Shown here in pieces: positions 1 to 9,379 of a stretch of 32,000 bases of DNA. Numbering within the stretch: position 1 is the first letter of the stretch; each line of letters opens with the position of its first letter. The stretch is from Dysgonomonas capnocytophagoides DSM 22835. Its GTDB lineage: Bacteria; Bacteroidota; Bacteroidia; Bacteroidales; Dysgonomonadaceae. A model generated the notes under the pieces. The model searched no databases. It saw only the letters and a list, made by a program, of their open reading frames with translations, and had not been told where the DNA came from. The position numbers were made by a program, and so were the translations under genes. The stretch lies in contig NZ_KE384530.1 of NCBI RefSeq assembly GCF_000426485.1, forward strand, positions 136,829 to 168,828, read 5' to 3'.

Positions 1-237
1 CGTGGCATGACGTTCGAATGCCAAACGTGCATCAGTAGGAGACATGCCCTTACCGTTGTCAATAACTTGTATGAGAGTACGCCCTGCGTCTTTGATAATA
101 AGCTGTATGCTGGTCGCTCCTGCGTCGATGGCATTTTCGAGAAGTTCTTTAACAACAGATGCCGGACGCTGAACGACTTCTCCTGCTGCTATCTGGTTTG
201 CTATCGAATCGGGCAGAAGGTGTATAATATCATTCAT
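1..237 (-). CDS. mutL: DNA mismatch repair protein MutL, N-terminal part (runs off the left edge)
   Basis: Reverse strand from ATG at 237 reads [79 protein letters not shown], the GHKL ATPase start of MutL. It is not in the supplied ORF track because it is truncated. Confidence 0.97.
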   Translation of the reverse strand, partial: MNDIIHLLPDSIANQIAAGEVVQRPASVVKELLENAIDAGATSIQLIIKDAGRTLIQVIDNGKGMSPTDARLAFERHAT

Positions 238-346
238 TGTTGCTGTTGTTTATATAAGTCGCAGCACCATTTTAATGTCATACTTTTCAGACACAATAAA
301 AGCGGCTGTTTACTTTATAAGTTAATAAGAAGGCTTATCTTAAAAT

Positions 347-2032
347 TTATTGAGAGACCGGAGGTGGGGTTGTCGTGGTCGTAGTACGGTTGGATCGCCG
401 TTTGCTTGAATCCCATCCGGCTTTTCGCTGTACTTTACGGAAGACATCATCCCTGTTCAACGGTCTTATATAGTCATACCATTGAAAATCGGTAAGTTTA
501 CCTAACTCGGGTTTCAGATCGGCTAGGGGAGTCATTTTTCCTGTAGCCTTCGGCCAGAGTTTTATCTTTTGTATCTTCTTATCTTCAAAATCCATAGATA
601 GAAAACTGCTCTCAGTCTGATTCATGCCCATCATCGACTTGTCCTTTTCTTCGGGATAGAAGATCGATTCGGCATTACCCGACACCAATATATGCTTTAT
701 ACTCTTATTCTCGAAATAAGCCTTCAGGTCACGCCCTTTAACCTGATTGTAGTGGATAGAGTCTTTATCTTCTATCGCAAAAGCATTAGGCCATATATGA
801 GTCCAATCTATTGTACTGTCGTTGAAGAATACTTGTATAGTATCACCTAATATCTGGTGGTTTTCATTCCATAAAATAGGGTTCTGATACATGTACAAGG
901 TCGAATCTTTCGTGTTGAATTGAAGAGAATCGCATACACCTTGTAAGTCACTTCTGTAAAAACGAGCTCCTTTGTAAGCTTTCATTTCCCTGTATATCGA
1001 ATCTGTTATCAGTTCAAGAGAATCTGCATGAAGGAACAAGCTGTCGGCTTGCGAATATTCGATCGCAAGTGCCGAATCTGTTGCCATTGCATAATTGGTT
1101 CTCTCGTTATAAAGTCCGTAATGACCGGTGAGAATAACCTTTTTGGTAGTATCCTGCAAATGCATATTGCCGAATACCTCACCGTATCCTTCTTTTTTAT
1201 GATAAAATATTGAATCTCCGGTAAGAGTCCGGTCTCCTTCTTTATTGATAATGCGTGATTGATCGAGTAACAACGACTGCTCGGTACTGGTATTATACCA
1301 TCCTTTGGTTGAATAGATCGTTGCACTGTCCGATTCGATACGTGTTGGACCTACTATTGTCGATATTTTGCTTTGGGTGTCATATAGTAGGGTGTCAGTG
1401 TACATCACAAACTTAGGATTTGTCAGACGGGCACTGTCTCTGAATAGTGCCATGTGTTTACCGGGTTCGTATTGTCCCCAGTAGGAAGTGAGTTCATTGA
1501 GTGAATCAACAAGCATTCCTCCGTCGAAATAATAGCCGATATTGCCTACACGATCATAATCTAAACTATCCGTGAAGAGGGTTACATCCTTATTTACCAG
1601 ACGAACATTCTTCCGTACTTTAAGCAGTTTAATATCCCCTTCGTATTCGAGGTAGCTCCCGTATAGGAAAAGTGTATCGCCTTGTACAACCTGTACTGTT
1701 CCGAATGCTTCGAAACGGTTTGCGGCTTCGTCCAGATATGCACTATCACAATACATGACAATACCGTCGTGATATAAGATAACACTATCTTTGAGTATTT
1801 GCGGCTCGAAACCTATCCTGCGGTCAAGAAACAGAGCTTTCCTTATCTCTATCACCTTTTTCCCTCCTTTGGCAGGGTGAGCCTTTGGTGCTTGTGTTGT
1901 CATCGGAGGTTTTTGCTGCGTTTTTTGCTGAACCCAGGCTTGTGCTGAACCATATATAACAAGCAGGCACAAAATAGCTGCTATATGCATTTTGCGCCTG
2001 TTGTTTATAAATTGTTTTATGTACTTATTCAT
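347..2032 (-). CDS. OstA/LptA-like organic solvent tolerance family protein (LPS transport-associated)
   Basis: 561 aa ORF with signal sequence and repeated OstA-type strands (VQVVQGDTLFLYGSYLEYEGD, TGHYGLYNERTNYAMATDSALA); adjacent to surA-like gene and mutL. Confidence 0.85.
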   Translation of the reverse strand: MNKYIKQFINNRRKMHIAAILCLLVIYGSAQAWVQQKTQQKPPMTTQAPKAHPAKGGKKVIEIRKALFLDRRIGFEPQILKDSVILYHDGIVMYCDSAYLDEAANRFEAFGTVQVVQGDTLFLYGSYLEYEGDIKLLKVRKNVRLVNKDVTLFTDSLDYDRVGNIGYYFDGGMLVDSLNELTSYWGQYEPGKHMALFRDSARLTNPKFVMYTDTLLYDTQSKISTIVGPTRIESDSATIYSTKGWYNTSTEQSLLLDQSRIINKEGDRTLTGDSIFYHKKEGYGEVFGNMHLQDTTKKVILTGHYGLYNERTNYAMATDSALAIEYSQADSLFLHADSLELITDSIYREMKAYKGARFYRSDLQGVCDSLQFNTKDSTLYMYQNPILWNENHQILGDTIQVFFNDSTIDWTHIWPNAFAIEDKDSIHYNQVKGRDLKAYFENKSIKHILVSGNAESIFYPEEKDKSMMGMNQTESSFLSMDFEDKKIQKIKLWPKATGKMTPLADLKPELGKLTDFQWYDYIRPLNRDDVFRKVQRKAGWDSSKRRSNRTTTTTTPPPVSQ

Positions 2033-2038
2033 TGTAAA

Positions 2039-2049
2039 GGCCTCAGACC
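2039..2049 (-). repeat. Leader hairpin motif, copy upstream of the OstA-like gene
   Basis: Sense GGTCTGAGGCC, 6 nt before the ATG. Confidence 0.55.
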
Positions 2050-2145
2050 GTAGTGTAATTATCTATATACAAATATAGCTGAAATACTCCGTTCGGACAG
2101 AAAAATATCCATTAAAAGTAATCTCTCTATAAGATCGAGAATATC

Positions 2146-3525
2146 TTACTTGTTGTTTTTGATCCATCCGGAATGTTGGAAATCACAGTTTTTCCAATCA
2201 TCGTCAATCCTCACATAAGTAGTCTTGATTTTGTCCTGTACCCATTTTTTCAAAACCTCTTCTCTCTTTTTTCCTTCGACTATGGATTTCATTACCTGAT
2301 AGTCGTCAGATAAATTGGCCTTATGAGAATTTACACGTTGACGAACTTTTACAATTGCAACAGTTTGCTTACCGTTGCTTCCGATCATAGTGAATGGTTT
2401 TGACAGTTCTCCTACCTGAAGTTTATCTACAGATTTCGCTACCTCCTGAGGCAGGTCTTCCATTCTGAAACGTGATGTTCCCGAATAATTACTGTATTCG
2501 TTTTTGTTGACCATCAACCCTTTGTTGTTGCGGGTGTCTTTATCTGCGGAAATGTATGATGCAGCTTCTTCAAATGTAAATTTCTTAGCATTTAAATCTA
2601 TAACCAAAGAATCCATTCTTGCAGAAGTTTTCGCTAATTCTTCGGCAGGTATAGTTGGCTTAAGAAGAATATGACGGACATTGACGCGGTCTCCTCTTTT
2701 TTCTATGAGTTGTATTATGTGATATCCATACTCAGATTCAATAACATTTGAAACTTTGCTGGGGTCGTTCAATGAGAATGCCGCATTGGCAAATTCGGGT
2801 ACAAGCTGTGCTCTACCCATAAAACCTAGTTCACCTCCTCTTTTAGCCGATTCTGTATCTTCTGAATATAGTAGAGCCAGAGTCGAGAAGTCTGTTTCTT
2901 TGCGGTTTACACGATCGGTAAAGTCTCTCAGTTTATTTTTTACAGCGTCGATTTCCGCCTGTGGAACTTTCGGATTCATTGTGATGATCTCAATTTCGAC
3001 TGTTGTCGGGATGAACGGTAAACTATCCTGAGGAAGGTCTGTATAATAGTTACGTATTTCGGAAGGTGTAAGCTTTATATGTCCTACAATGTTCTGCTGA
3101 ACTTTGTTTACTATTTCATTATCACGAACCTGTTCTCTCCACTCTTCACGCAGTTGCGAAATGGTTTTACCTAAATATTCTTCCAGTTTTTCTTGAGAAC
3201 CAAGAGATGCTATTGCATTGCTGATACGTCTGTCCACAGTACGGCTGACAGTAGAGTTTTCGACATCGATACTATCAACTTTTGCTTGGTGGAGGAATAA
3301 TTTTTGTACAGCTAATTGTTCGGGTATCAAACAATAAGGATCTCCGTCGAAATGTTCTTTTTCTAATTGCATTTGCAGTCTTACGGCTTCTACATCCGAT
3401 TTGAGTATAGCTTCGTCTCCGACTACCCACACTATCTGGTCGATAACATTGTCTTGCGCGTTTGCACTAAATAGTATCGTGCAGAACAAACTGATGAAAA
3501 ATACGGTTTTCTTAAGAACGGTCAT
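2146..3525 (-). CDS. surA: SurA-like periplasmic peptidyl-prolyl cis-trans isomerase/chaperone
   Basis: 459 aa with signal peptide and two parvulin-like segments (LALLYSEDTESAKRGGELGFMGRAQLVPEFANAAFSL; VRHILLKPTIPAEE). Confidence 0.88.
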   Translation of the reverse strand: MTVLKKTVFFISLFCTILFSANAQDNVIDQIVWVVGDEAILKSDVEAVRLQMQLEKEHFDGDPYCLIPEQLAVQKLFLHQAKVDSIDVENSTVSRTVDRRISNAIASLGSQEKLEEYLGKTISQLREEWREQVRDNEIVNKVQQNIVGHIKLTPSEIRNYYTDLPQDSLPFIPTTVEIEIITMNPKVPQAEIDAVKNKLRDFTDRVNRKETDFSTLALLYSEDTESAKRGGELGFMGRAQLVPEFANAAFSLNDPSKVSNVIESEYGYHIIQLIEKRGDRVNVRHILLKPTIPAEELAKTSARMDSLVIDLNAKKFTFEEAASYISADKDTRNNKGLMVNKNEYSNYSGTSRFRMEDLPQEVAKSVDKLQVGELSKPFTMIGSNGKQTVAIVKVRQRVNSHKANLSDDYQVMKSIVEGKKREEVLKKWVQDKIKTTYVRIDDDWKNCDFQHSGWIKNNK

Positions 3526-3552
3526 TATGTATTTTATTAAGTAAAAGCTAGT

Positions 3553-3567
3553 AAGGTCTCAGACCTT
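3553..3567 (-). repeat. Leader hairpin motif, copy upstream of surA
   Basis: Sense AAGGTCTGAGACCTT, preceded by an A run. Confidence 0.65.
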
Positions 3568-3765
3568 TTTATTCTATGTCATGAGACATTTCTCGCGATT
3601 TGGCAAAGTAACAAAAAAGTCAAAAAACCAAAAGTGGCGTAAATATAGTAATAATCGAAAGAATTTATATTTTGAATATATTAAAAGAAGTTATTAATAT
3701 TTCATACTTCTTTAAGGTATAAGGCCTTTTTGATATTTTAGAAGCACATCGGAAAAAGAAAATCG

Positions 3766-4671
3766 TTATTTTTTCTTCTGGGCTGTATTTTCTTCTTTGT
3801 AATATTTTATTTGTTTTTTGTTCTCTGCCGACTGTAAAAGATCTGCTTCAAATGTTTTTAAAAAGGTCTCCCTGTTTTTGTTAATTAGAATATCAGTGAT
3901 CTCCGATTTTGAGTATTCGTAAGGGGCCTTAGAGCCGGCGAGGGCATATTCTTCGATATGCAGAAAATATACATACAGAGAATCTTGTGTTTCGTAATTC
4001 TTATTATTTTTGACAAATTGGCTTTGGTCGCTGATAGATACCGGTATGTTGGAGGCTATGTCGTCGAAGTTGACCCATTTATCATAAAAATAATCATAAA
4101 TAACGGCATTTTGCAATGAGGCTTTTTCTATTTTTTCTTTTGCAGCATCTGTATTCGACTGATACCATTGTCTGAAATTTTTAACTTCGGACGAAGACTG
4201 CGGTATTTTAAGAAATAAGCCTTTGACTAAACATGATTGCAGTTCGAAACTTTCGGGATGTTTGTCATAATAGTCTTTCATCTCGGTTTCGGTTATCTTT
4301 TTCGACAATTCTTCTTTCAGCAGCTGCTCCAGATAAGTGAATGTGGTTAATGACTGTCGGTAATTTTCAACCATTTCGTCAATACTTTGCTGATCAGTAA
4401 CGTTTTGTTTTGCTTTTTCATAAATGAGTTCGTCTTTTATCCACATTTTTATGTATGCGTCCGCAGCCTGAGTACTGTCTGCCGCACTCAATCCCGATGG
4501 TATTGCATTATTCAGATCGGCAAGATACAAGGTCTTTCCATTGACAGAAACTATCGGCGAATCGTCTTTATTCGGCGCTGCACTTTCTTTGTCGGAACAA
4601 CTCATCAAGATTGAGATTGAAGCGAAATATATGACGGCCTTTTTTAGGGAGCCAGAGATTGATTGAGTCAT
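3766..4671 (-). CDS. SurA-N-like periplasmic lipoprotein, peptidyl-prolyl isomerase related
   Basis: 301 aa, lipobox-like SILMSCSD, then VNGKTLYLADL and ETEMKDYYDKHPESF typical of SurA/PrsA-type N-terminal domains; overlaps the upstream gene by 4 bp. Confidence 0.7.
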   Translation of the reverse strand: MTQSISGSLKKAVIYFASISILMSCSDKESAAPNKDDSPIVSVNGKTLYLADLNNAIPSGLSAADSTQAADAYIKMWIKDELIYEKAKQNVTDQQSIDEMVENYRQSLTTFTYLEQLLKEELSKKITETEMKDYYDKHPESFELQSCLVKGLFLKIPQSSSEVKNFRQWYQSNTDAAKEKIEKASLQNAVIYDYFYDKWVNFDDIASNIPVSISDQSQFVKNNKNYETQDSLYVYFLHIEEYALAGSKAPYEYSKSEITDILINKNRETFLKTFEADLLQSAENKKQIKYYKEENTAQKKK

Positions 4672-6638
4672 TGCTGATATTTTTGAGTCAGGCGTTTCAA
4701 GGCCTCGTTATTTACTACTACTTTATGTTTTTTGATAATATATTCTGTCCATTGTTTTTCCAATGCGTCCTGATAATCCTGAATCACAAGCCCTTTTACA
4801 TCTTCGAATGTCTGGGGTTGATCCAACATTTTTCCGTGTATGAAGAAGAACGGATAGCCAACTACTTCTTTCTTTATCTCGGTCTTATAAAGAGTATTAT
4901 CTACAAAATCATTTTCGCCTTTAGCCCAAATACCCTTTTCGATATATAAAGGTTTGATGGAATCGTTGCTGAAACTCTTGGTGAGTATCTGTATAAAGTT
5001 ATCCTGAGAACCGTATTCATTTTGTATAGCTAACGCCTTGTCAAAAGCAGCACGGTCTTTTAGGTATATAACATATCCTTTGTATTTCGGTTCTGTCCAT
5101 GTGTACTTATTTCTGTTTCGGTCGAAAGTTTTGGTCAAGCCTTCGGTGTCTATAGATGCCTTAGTCCATATCTCTTTATCCATAACGGTAAACAGTAATA
5201 TACCGTCATAATACTCCTGCAAAAGATGTTTTAACTCGGGTGTATCATCTATGATTCTTTTTTCATTTACTTCTGTTAATTTGTTTAGGACAAATCCATC
5301 CAGTTTTTCATAAACTATATCGGTAGATAATGTCGACTTTGCAGATAAATTATTGAAAATATAATCAATGAAATCCGAAACGTTATGCTCTGTATTTCTG
5401 ATTGTTACTAGTTTTTTGTTATATAAATCAGGTAAATTTTTGAAGAACAAACTATCCGAAGCATGATGTGTATCGGCTATGTCAAGTATGCTTCTCAACA
5501 CCTTGCTGTTGATGGCATATGGATATTTTTGTGATAATCTTTTTAATTTCAGAGATTCTATGTCTCCATTACGATTGTGTTTCTCCATTTCGCTAATCAG
5601 ATCGGGTTTGATCTCAGGCCAAGGATCGAGATGTACTTTTCCTATCAGCTTAAATATATGAAAACCGTAATCGAATTCGATCGGACGGGTATAGTCTTTA
5701 AGTTTTTTCAGGCTGTAAAATATCGAGTCGAATTGGGGTATAAGATTACTTCTTGTGCTAAACCATCCTAAATCGCCTCCTTTCGGAGCGGTTGCCCTGT
5801 CTGCCGAGATTGCCTGACAAATCCCTTCGAATGGTTGATTGTCATCCAAATCGGTTATAACCCTCTGCGAAAGGCTTCTTACGCTGTCTTTTTCGGCTTG
5901 TGTGGCATTCTCGGGATATAGGAACAAGATGTGGGCTATGCGTACTTCGCCTCTGTCGGGTCTTTTGCGATATGTTTTTACCAGATAATAGCCGGTATTA
6001 GTTCTTATTGGTTCGGATAAACTGCCTGTGGGTGTATTGTAAATGGCGTCTTCCAATATTTGGGGAGAAGTAAGCGCAGTTGCCCAGACTATATCTTTTT
6101 CAGCAGGAGATTCTGGAGCCGGATACAGGCGGGCTGTTTTTCGGTATTCACTATCGGGTGCATTGATGATTGATGCTCTTATTTCTTTAATTTTATTATA
6201 TGCCGCCAAAGTATCTTTTGGGAACAATTTGTCTGAAGTAAACGGAATATAGATTTTACTTACTTCAACATTATATTGCAGGCGGTCGTATACCAGCTTA
6301 GCTGCAGTTTCTGCGGATGCGGTATCGTTGATATATTTATTTTTGGTTGATTCTGCATATTTGTTATACTCCGAAACAAATACAGGATCTTTGTCGAGAC
6401 CTGACGCTTCGGCTTCGGCGACCTTGATTTTAAGGAGGCTAAACGATTTTAGAAAATCGGGTATCGTTACCGGAGGTTGTATGTTGTTTTTTCGGTCTTT
6501 GAGGTAAGCGTATTCAAAGTCTTCAACAGAGACTGTTTTTTTGTCTATTTTGAATAGATAGTCGTCAGTCTTCTGAGCAAATACCCCGACTGTCATAAAT
6601 AGGAAAAGAAAAAGACCTGAGATTTTCAGTTTATTCAT
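4668..6638 (-). CDS. Peptidyl-prolyl cis-trans isomerase, PpiC/parvulin type
   Basis: 656 aa with signal peptide and parvulin motifs (VRIAHILFLYPENATQAEKDSVRS...GGDLGWFSTRSNLIPQFDSIFYSLKKLKDYTRPIEFDYGFHIFKL). Confidence 0.9.
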   Translation of the reverse strand: MNKLKISGLFLFLFMTVGVFAQKTDDYLFKIDKKTVSVEDFEYAYLKDRKNNIQPPVTIPDFLKSFSLLKIKVAEAEASGLDKDPVFVSEYNKYAESTKNKYINDTASAETAAKLVYDRLQYNVEVSKIYIPFTSDKLFPKDTLAAYNKIKEIRASIINAPDSEYRKTARLYPAPESPAEKDIVWATALTSPQILEDAIYNTPTGSLSEPIRTNTGYYLVKTYRKRPDRGEVRIAHILFLYPENATQAEKDSVRSLSQRVITDLDDNQPFEGICQAISADRATAPKGGDLGWFSTRSNLIPQFDSIFYSLKKLKDYTRPIEFDYGFHIFKLIGKVHLDPWPEIKPDLISEMEKHNRNGDIESLKLKRLSQKYPYAINSKVLRSILDIADTHHASDSLFFKNLPDLYNKKLVTIRNTEHNVSDFIDYIFNNLSAKSTLSTDIVYEKLDGFVLNKLTEVNEKRIIDDTPELKHLLQEYYDGILLFTVMDKEIWTKASIDTEGLTKTFDRNRNKYTWTEPKYKGYVIYLKDRAAFDKALAIQNEYGSQDNFIQILTKSFSNDSIKPLYIEKGIWAKGENDFVDNTLYKTEIKKEVVGYPFFFIHGKMLDQPQTFEDVKGLVIQDYQDALEKQWTEYIIKKHKVVVNNEALKRLTQKYQQ

Positions 6639-6670
6639 GATTAAGTGTGATAATTTGATAAGCCAATTTA

Positions 6671-6683
6671 AGGTCTCAGACCT
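6671..6683 (-). repeat. Leader hairpin motif, copy upstream of the 656-aa PPIase
   Basis: Sense AGGTCTGAGACCT. Confidence 0.65.
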
Positions 6684-6801
6684 ATTTGCCTCATCTTCGC
6701 TTCGGCAATTGTTAATTATTGGCTTAATAAGTGTAAATACGATAGATAGTCATCGCTTTTGGATGTGTCATTGAATACTATCTGTTACTTATTGTATTGC
6801 A

Positions 6802-6809
6802 AATATATG
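6802..6809 (-). promoter_or_regulatory. Candidate -7 box for the PPIase/surA/ostA/mutL block
   Basis: Minus strand TATATTTG matches TAnnTTTG; no convincing -33 box. Confidence 0.3.
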
Positions 6810-7091
6810 AAGTTTTTCCGAAACTGGAGTCTGACAGGCCGAAACCGAATTCTGTATGGACTGAGGGTGTATTGCATACTTTTGATAATGGACACACAAG
6901 TATATAAAGTATGGAATAACAGCTAAAAGAAAATATCTTTTTTGTTCAGGGGTACAGATCCTTTTATTCGTTTTTTATCTATAGGGAAAGTGACCTTTGG
7001 GAGCAGGCTCTCTTGTTAAAAAAGGTTCTTTGAATAGCCGGAGAAATCTGAGAAAAGGGAAAAGTTGGCACCTCAGAAAGTACATTCTTGT

Positions 7092-7237
7092 TGTAACCTT
7101 TGTTACCTTTTCGGAAAAGAACCACGAACCCCTAAAGGGGATTTTCGGGTGGTGGCTAAATCCCTTTTAAGAGACAGAGGGGCAAAAAGCATCATCCGAA
7201 AAGTGAGTGTAAAGTGTGTTACTTTTGTAACCTTTTT
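7092..7237 (-). repeat. Paired AAAAAGGTNACAAARGTWACA element, copy A
   Basis: Minus strand: AAAAAGGTTACAAAAGTAACA (7217-7237) and AAAAGGTAACAAAGGTTACA (7092-7111). Confidence 0.7.
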
Positions 7238-7292
7238 GATGTTGCTTGAAATTGTTAATTGATGACTGATTTTTCTAATTACCTTTGTCCGT

Positions 7293-8591
7293 ATGAATAA
7301 AGCTATTTTACGACTGGCGATTCCCAATATAATATCTAATATAACCGTACCCTTGCTTAGTATGGTAGATATGTCTATTGTCGGGCATCTCGATAAAGAA
7401 ATATTTATAAGTGCCATTGCTATTGCCGTCATCATATTTAACTTTATGTATTGGAGTTTTTCCTTTCTGCGTATGGGAACGAGCGGTTTTACTGCTCAGG
7501 CTTACGGTGCTGGTAACAGTACGGAAACGGGTGTCATTTTATTGCGTTCTTTATTGATTGCTTTTTCTGCGGGAGTGCTGATCGTAGTGTTGCAATATCC
7601 TATTTTCGAAATATTCTTTAGAGTGGTTAATGCCGAACAGGAGCTTAAAATTTATGCAGCCGATTATTTCTATATATATGTTTGGGCTGCTCCGGCCGTA
7701 CTTGGTATGTACGCTTTTGCGGGGTGGTATGTAGGAATGCAGGATGCCCGTACGCCGATGGTGATTGCTATTGCTGTAAATGTTATCAATATATCACTGA
7801 GCCTTTTGTTTGTTTATGTATTCAATATGCAGCTCAGGGGTGTTGCTCTGGGATCGGCTTTGGCTCAGTTATCGGGGTTTTTATTGTCTTTCGCTATCTG
7901 GTTCTTTAAGTATAAGAATATCAGGTTGACATTGGATTACAAGCGGCTGAAAGACTGGTCTTCTTATCTTCCCTTTTTTCGGGTTAATGCCGATATATTC
8001 ATCAGGACACTATTACTTATAGCGGTTACTACGTTTTTTACATCTATATCAGCAAGAATGGGTGCTATCGTTTTAGCTGCAAACGCATTATTGATGCAGT
8101 TATTTACATTGTTCTCTTATATAATGGATGGATTTGCTTATGCAGCAGAAGCCCTAACAGGTCGTTTTGTCGGAGCGAAGCAATATTTGCAGCTTAATAG
8201 AATGATTCGGAATGTCTTTCTTTGGGGATTGTGTTTCGTTGCGTTGTTTACACTCGGATATGGACTGTTCACAGAGTCTATTTTAGGTATTCTCACCGAT
8301 AAATCGGAAGTTATTGCTGTTTGTGAAGAATACCGTATGTGGATACTGATTGTGCCGATAGCAGGTTTTTCTGCTTTTCTTTGGGACGGGATATTTATCG
8401 GAGCGACTGCGTCACGTCAAATGAGGAATTCGATGTTCGTGGCAGCCGGATGTTTCTTTGTTATTTATTATTCTTTACAATCCCATTTGGGGAATAATGC
8501 TCTTTGGCTGGCCTTTATCGTATATCTGTCTATGCGTGGAGTGATGCAGGCGATACTGTATCGAACCAAGATAAAACAGACTCTTATCTGA
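7293..8591 (+). CDS. MATE family efflux transporter
   Basis: 432 aa polytopic protein: MNKAILRLAIPNIISNITVPLLSMVDMSIVGHLD..., GTSGFTAQAYGAG, typical MATE signatures. Confidence 0.93.
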   Translation: MNKAILRLAIPNIISNITVPLLSMVDMSIVGHLDKEIFISAIAIAVIIFNFMYWSFSFLRMGTSGFTAQAYGAGNSTETGVILLRSLLIAFSAGVLIVVLQYPIFEIFFRVVNAEQELKIYAADYFYIYVWAAPAVLGMYAFAGWYVGMQDARTPMVIAIAVNVINISLSLLFVYVFNMQLRGVALGSALAQLSGFLLSFAIWFFKYKNIRLTLDYKRLKDWSSYLPFFRVNADIFIRTLLLIAVTTFFTSISARMGAIVLAANALLMQLFTLFSYIMDGFAYAAEALTGRFVGAKQYLQLNRMIRNVFLWGLCFVALFTLGYGLFTESILGILTDKSEVIAVCEEYRMWILIVPIAGFSAFLWDGIFIGATASRQMRNSMFVAAGCFFVIYYSLQSHLGNNALWLAFIVYLSMRGVMQAILYRTKIKQTLI

Positions 8592-9267
8592 AATCGACAG
8601 GGTCTATCTTTTTCATCAAGCTGAGTATCTTGTATTTTCTCTTTTGGACATATGCCGAAGGTTTCGCCGAGTTAAATCTCTTTGGGTTGGGTAATGTGGC
8701 GGCAATAAGGGCGCACTGTTCCGCTGTAAGTTTGCTTGCCGGTTTGTTGAAGTGTTTTTGGGCTACAGCTTCTGCCCCATAAATATTTTCGCCCATCTCT
8801 ATTGAATTGAGATAGACCTCCATGATGCGCTCTTTGCCCCAGATCAGCTCAATTAATACAGTGTAATAGGCTTCTAATCCTTTTCGGATAAAAGATCTGC
8901 CTTGCCACAAGAATACATTCTTTGCAGTTTGCTGACTTATGGTGCTGGCTCCACGCAATCGTTTGCCTTTTTTGTCGGCATCTTCCTGAGCCTTTGCTAT
9001 TTGCTTGAAATCGAATCCGGAGTGATCAATGAACAGGTTGTCTTCTGAAGCTACAACCGCTTGAGGGAGGTGTTTGGATATCTTTTCGATAGGAACCCAT
9101 TTGTGTTCGCATTCCACGCTTCCTTTATCGAACAGTTGGCTTAGGTTGTTCGATATCATCAGAGGAGTATAATAAACAGGGATAAATTTTAGGATAAGAA
9201 CTTGTACTATGCTGAATACGAATAGACATATAACAATGTTCCGTATCCATTTTAAAGCCTTTTTCAT
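8584..9267 (-). CDS. mtgA: Monofunctional biosynthetic peptidoglycan transglycosylase
   Basis: 227 aa with TM anchor and GT51 motifs VVASEDNLFIDHSGFD, GASTISQQTAKNVFLW, KERIMEVYLNSIEMG. Confidence 0.93.
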   Translation of the reverse strand: MKKALKWIRNIVICLFVFSIVQVLILKFIPVYYTPLMISNNLSQLFDKGSVECEHKWVPIEKISKHLPQAVVASEDNLFIDHSGFDFKQIAKAQEDADKKGKRLRGASTISQQTAKNVFLWQGRSFIRKGLEAYYTVLIELIWGKERIMEVYLNSIEMGENIYGAEAVAQKHFNKPASKLTAEQCALIAATLPNPKRFNSAKPSAYVQKRKYKILSLMKKIDPVDFR

Positions 9268-9299
9268 TTGTATAACCTATTGGAGATCTTTTTTTTCTT

Positions 9300-9352
9300 A
9301 AAAAAATGCATCATACTTCAGATCCTATTGTACAGATCTCAAATATGATGCA
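9300..9352 (-). terminator. Putative intrinsic terminator of the porin gene
   Basis: Inverted repeat TGCATCATA (9307-9315) / TATGATGCA (9344-9352) with inner AGATC/GATCT; followed on the minus strand by a T run. Confidence 0.6.
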
Positions 9353-9379
9353 AAAGTAATAATTTATACGTTGATTCGA

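Noticed and set aside
7-384. Plus-strand 125-aa ORF at the left edge
   Set aside because: It is antisense to mutL; the reverse strand gives an unmistakable MutL N-terminus from 237.
1009-1785. Small ORFs within the OstA-like gene (1009-1326, 1028-1213, 1594-1785)
   Set aside because: Overlap a strong long CDS and show no family features.
3713-3733. TTAAGGTATAAGGCCTTTTT near the end of the 301-aa lipoprotein gene as another leader motif copy
   Set aside because: It shares the A run and GGCCT letters but does not keep the stem and lies 3' of one gene and ~190 nt before surA; too weak to include.
7065-7435. ORFs 7065-7262 (+) and 7103-7435 (-) in and around the large intergenic gap
   Set aside because: Low-complexity translations driven by the repeat motif (KVTKVT); the second also runs antisense into the start of the MATE gene. 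Treated as repeat, not genes.
8584-8591. 8-bp tail-to-tail overlap of MATE and mtgA genes
   Set aside because: Short convergent overlaps are common and not informative.
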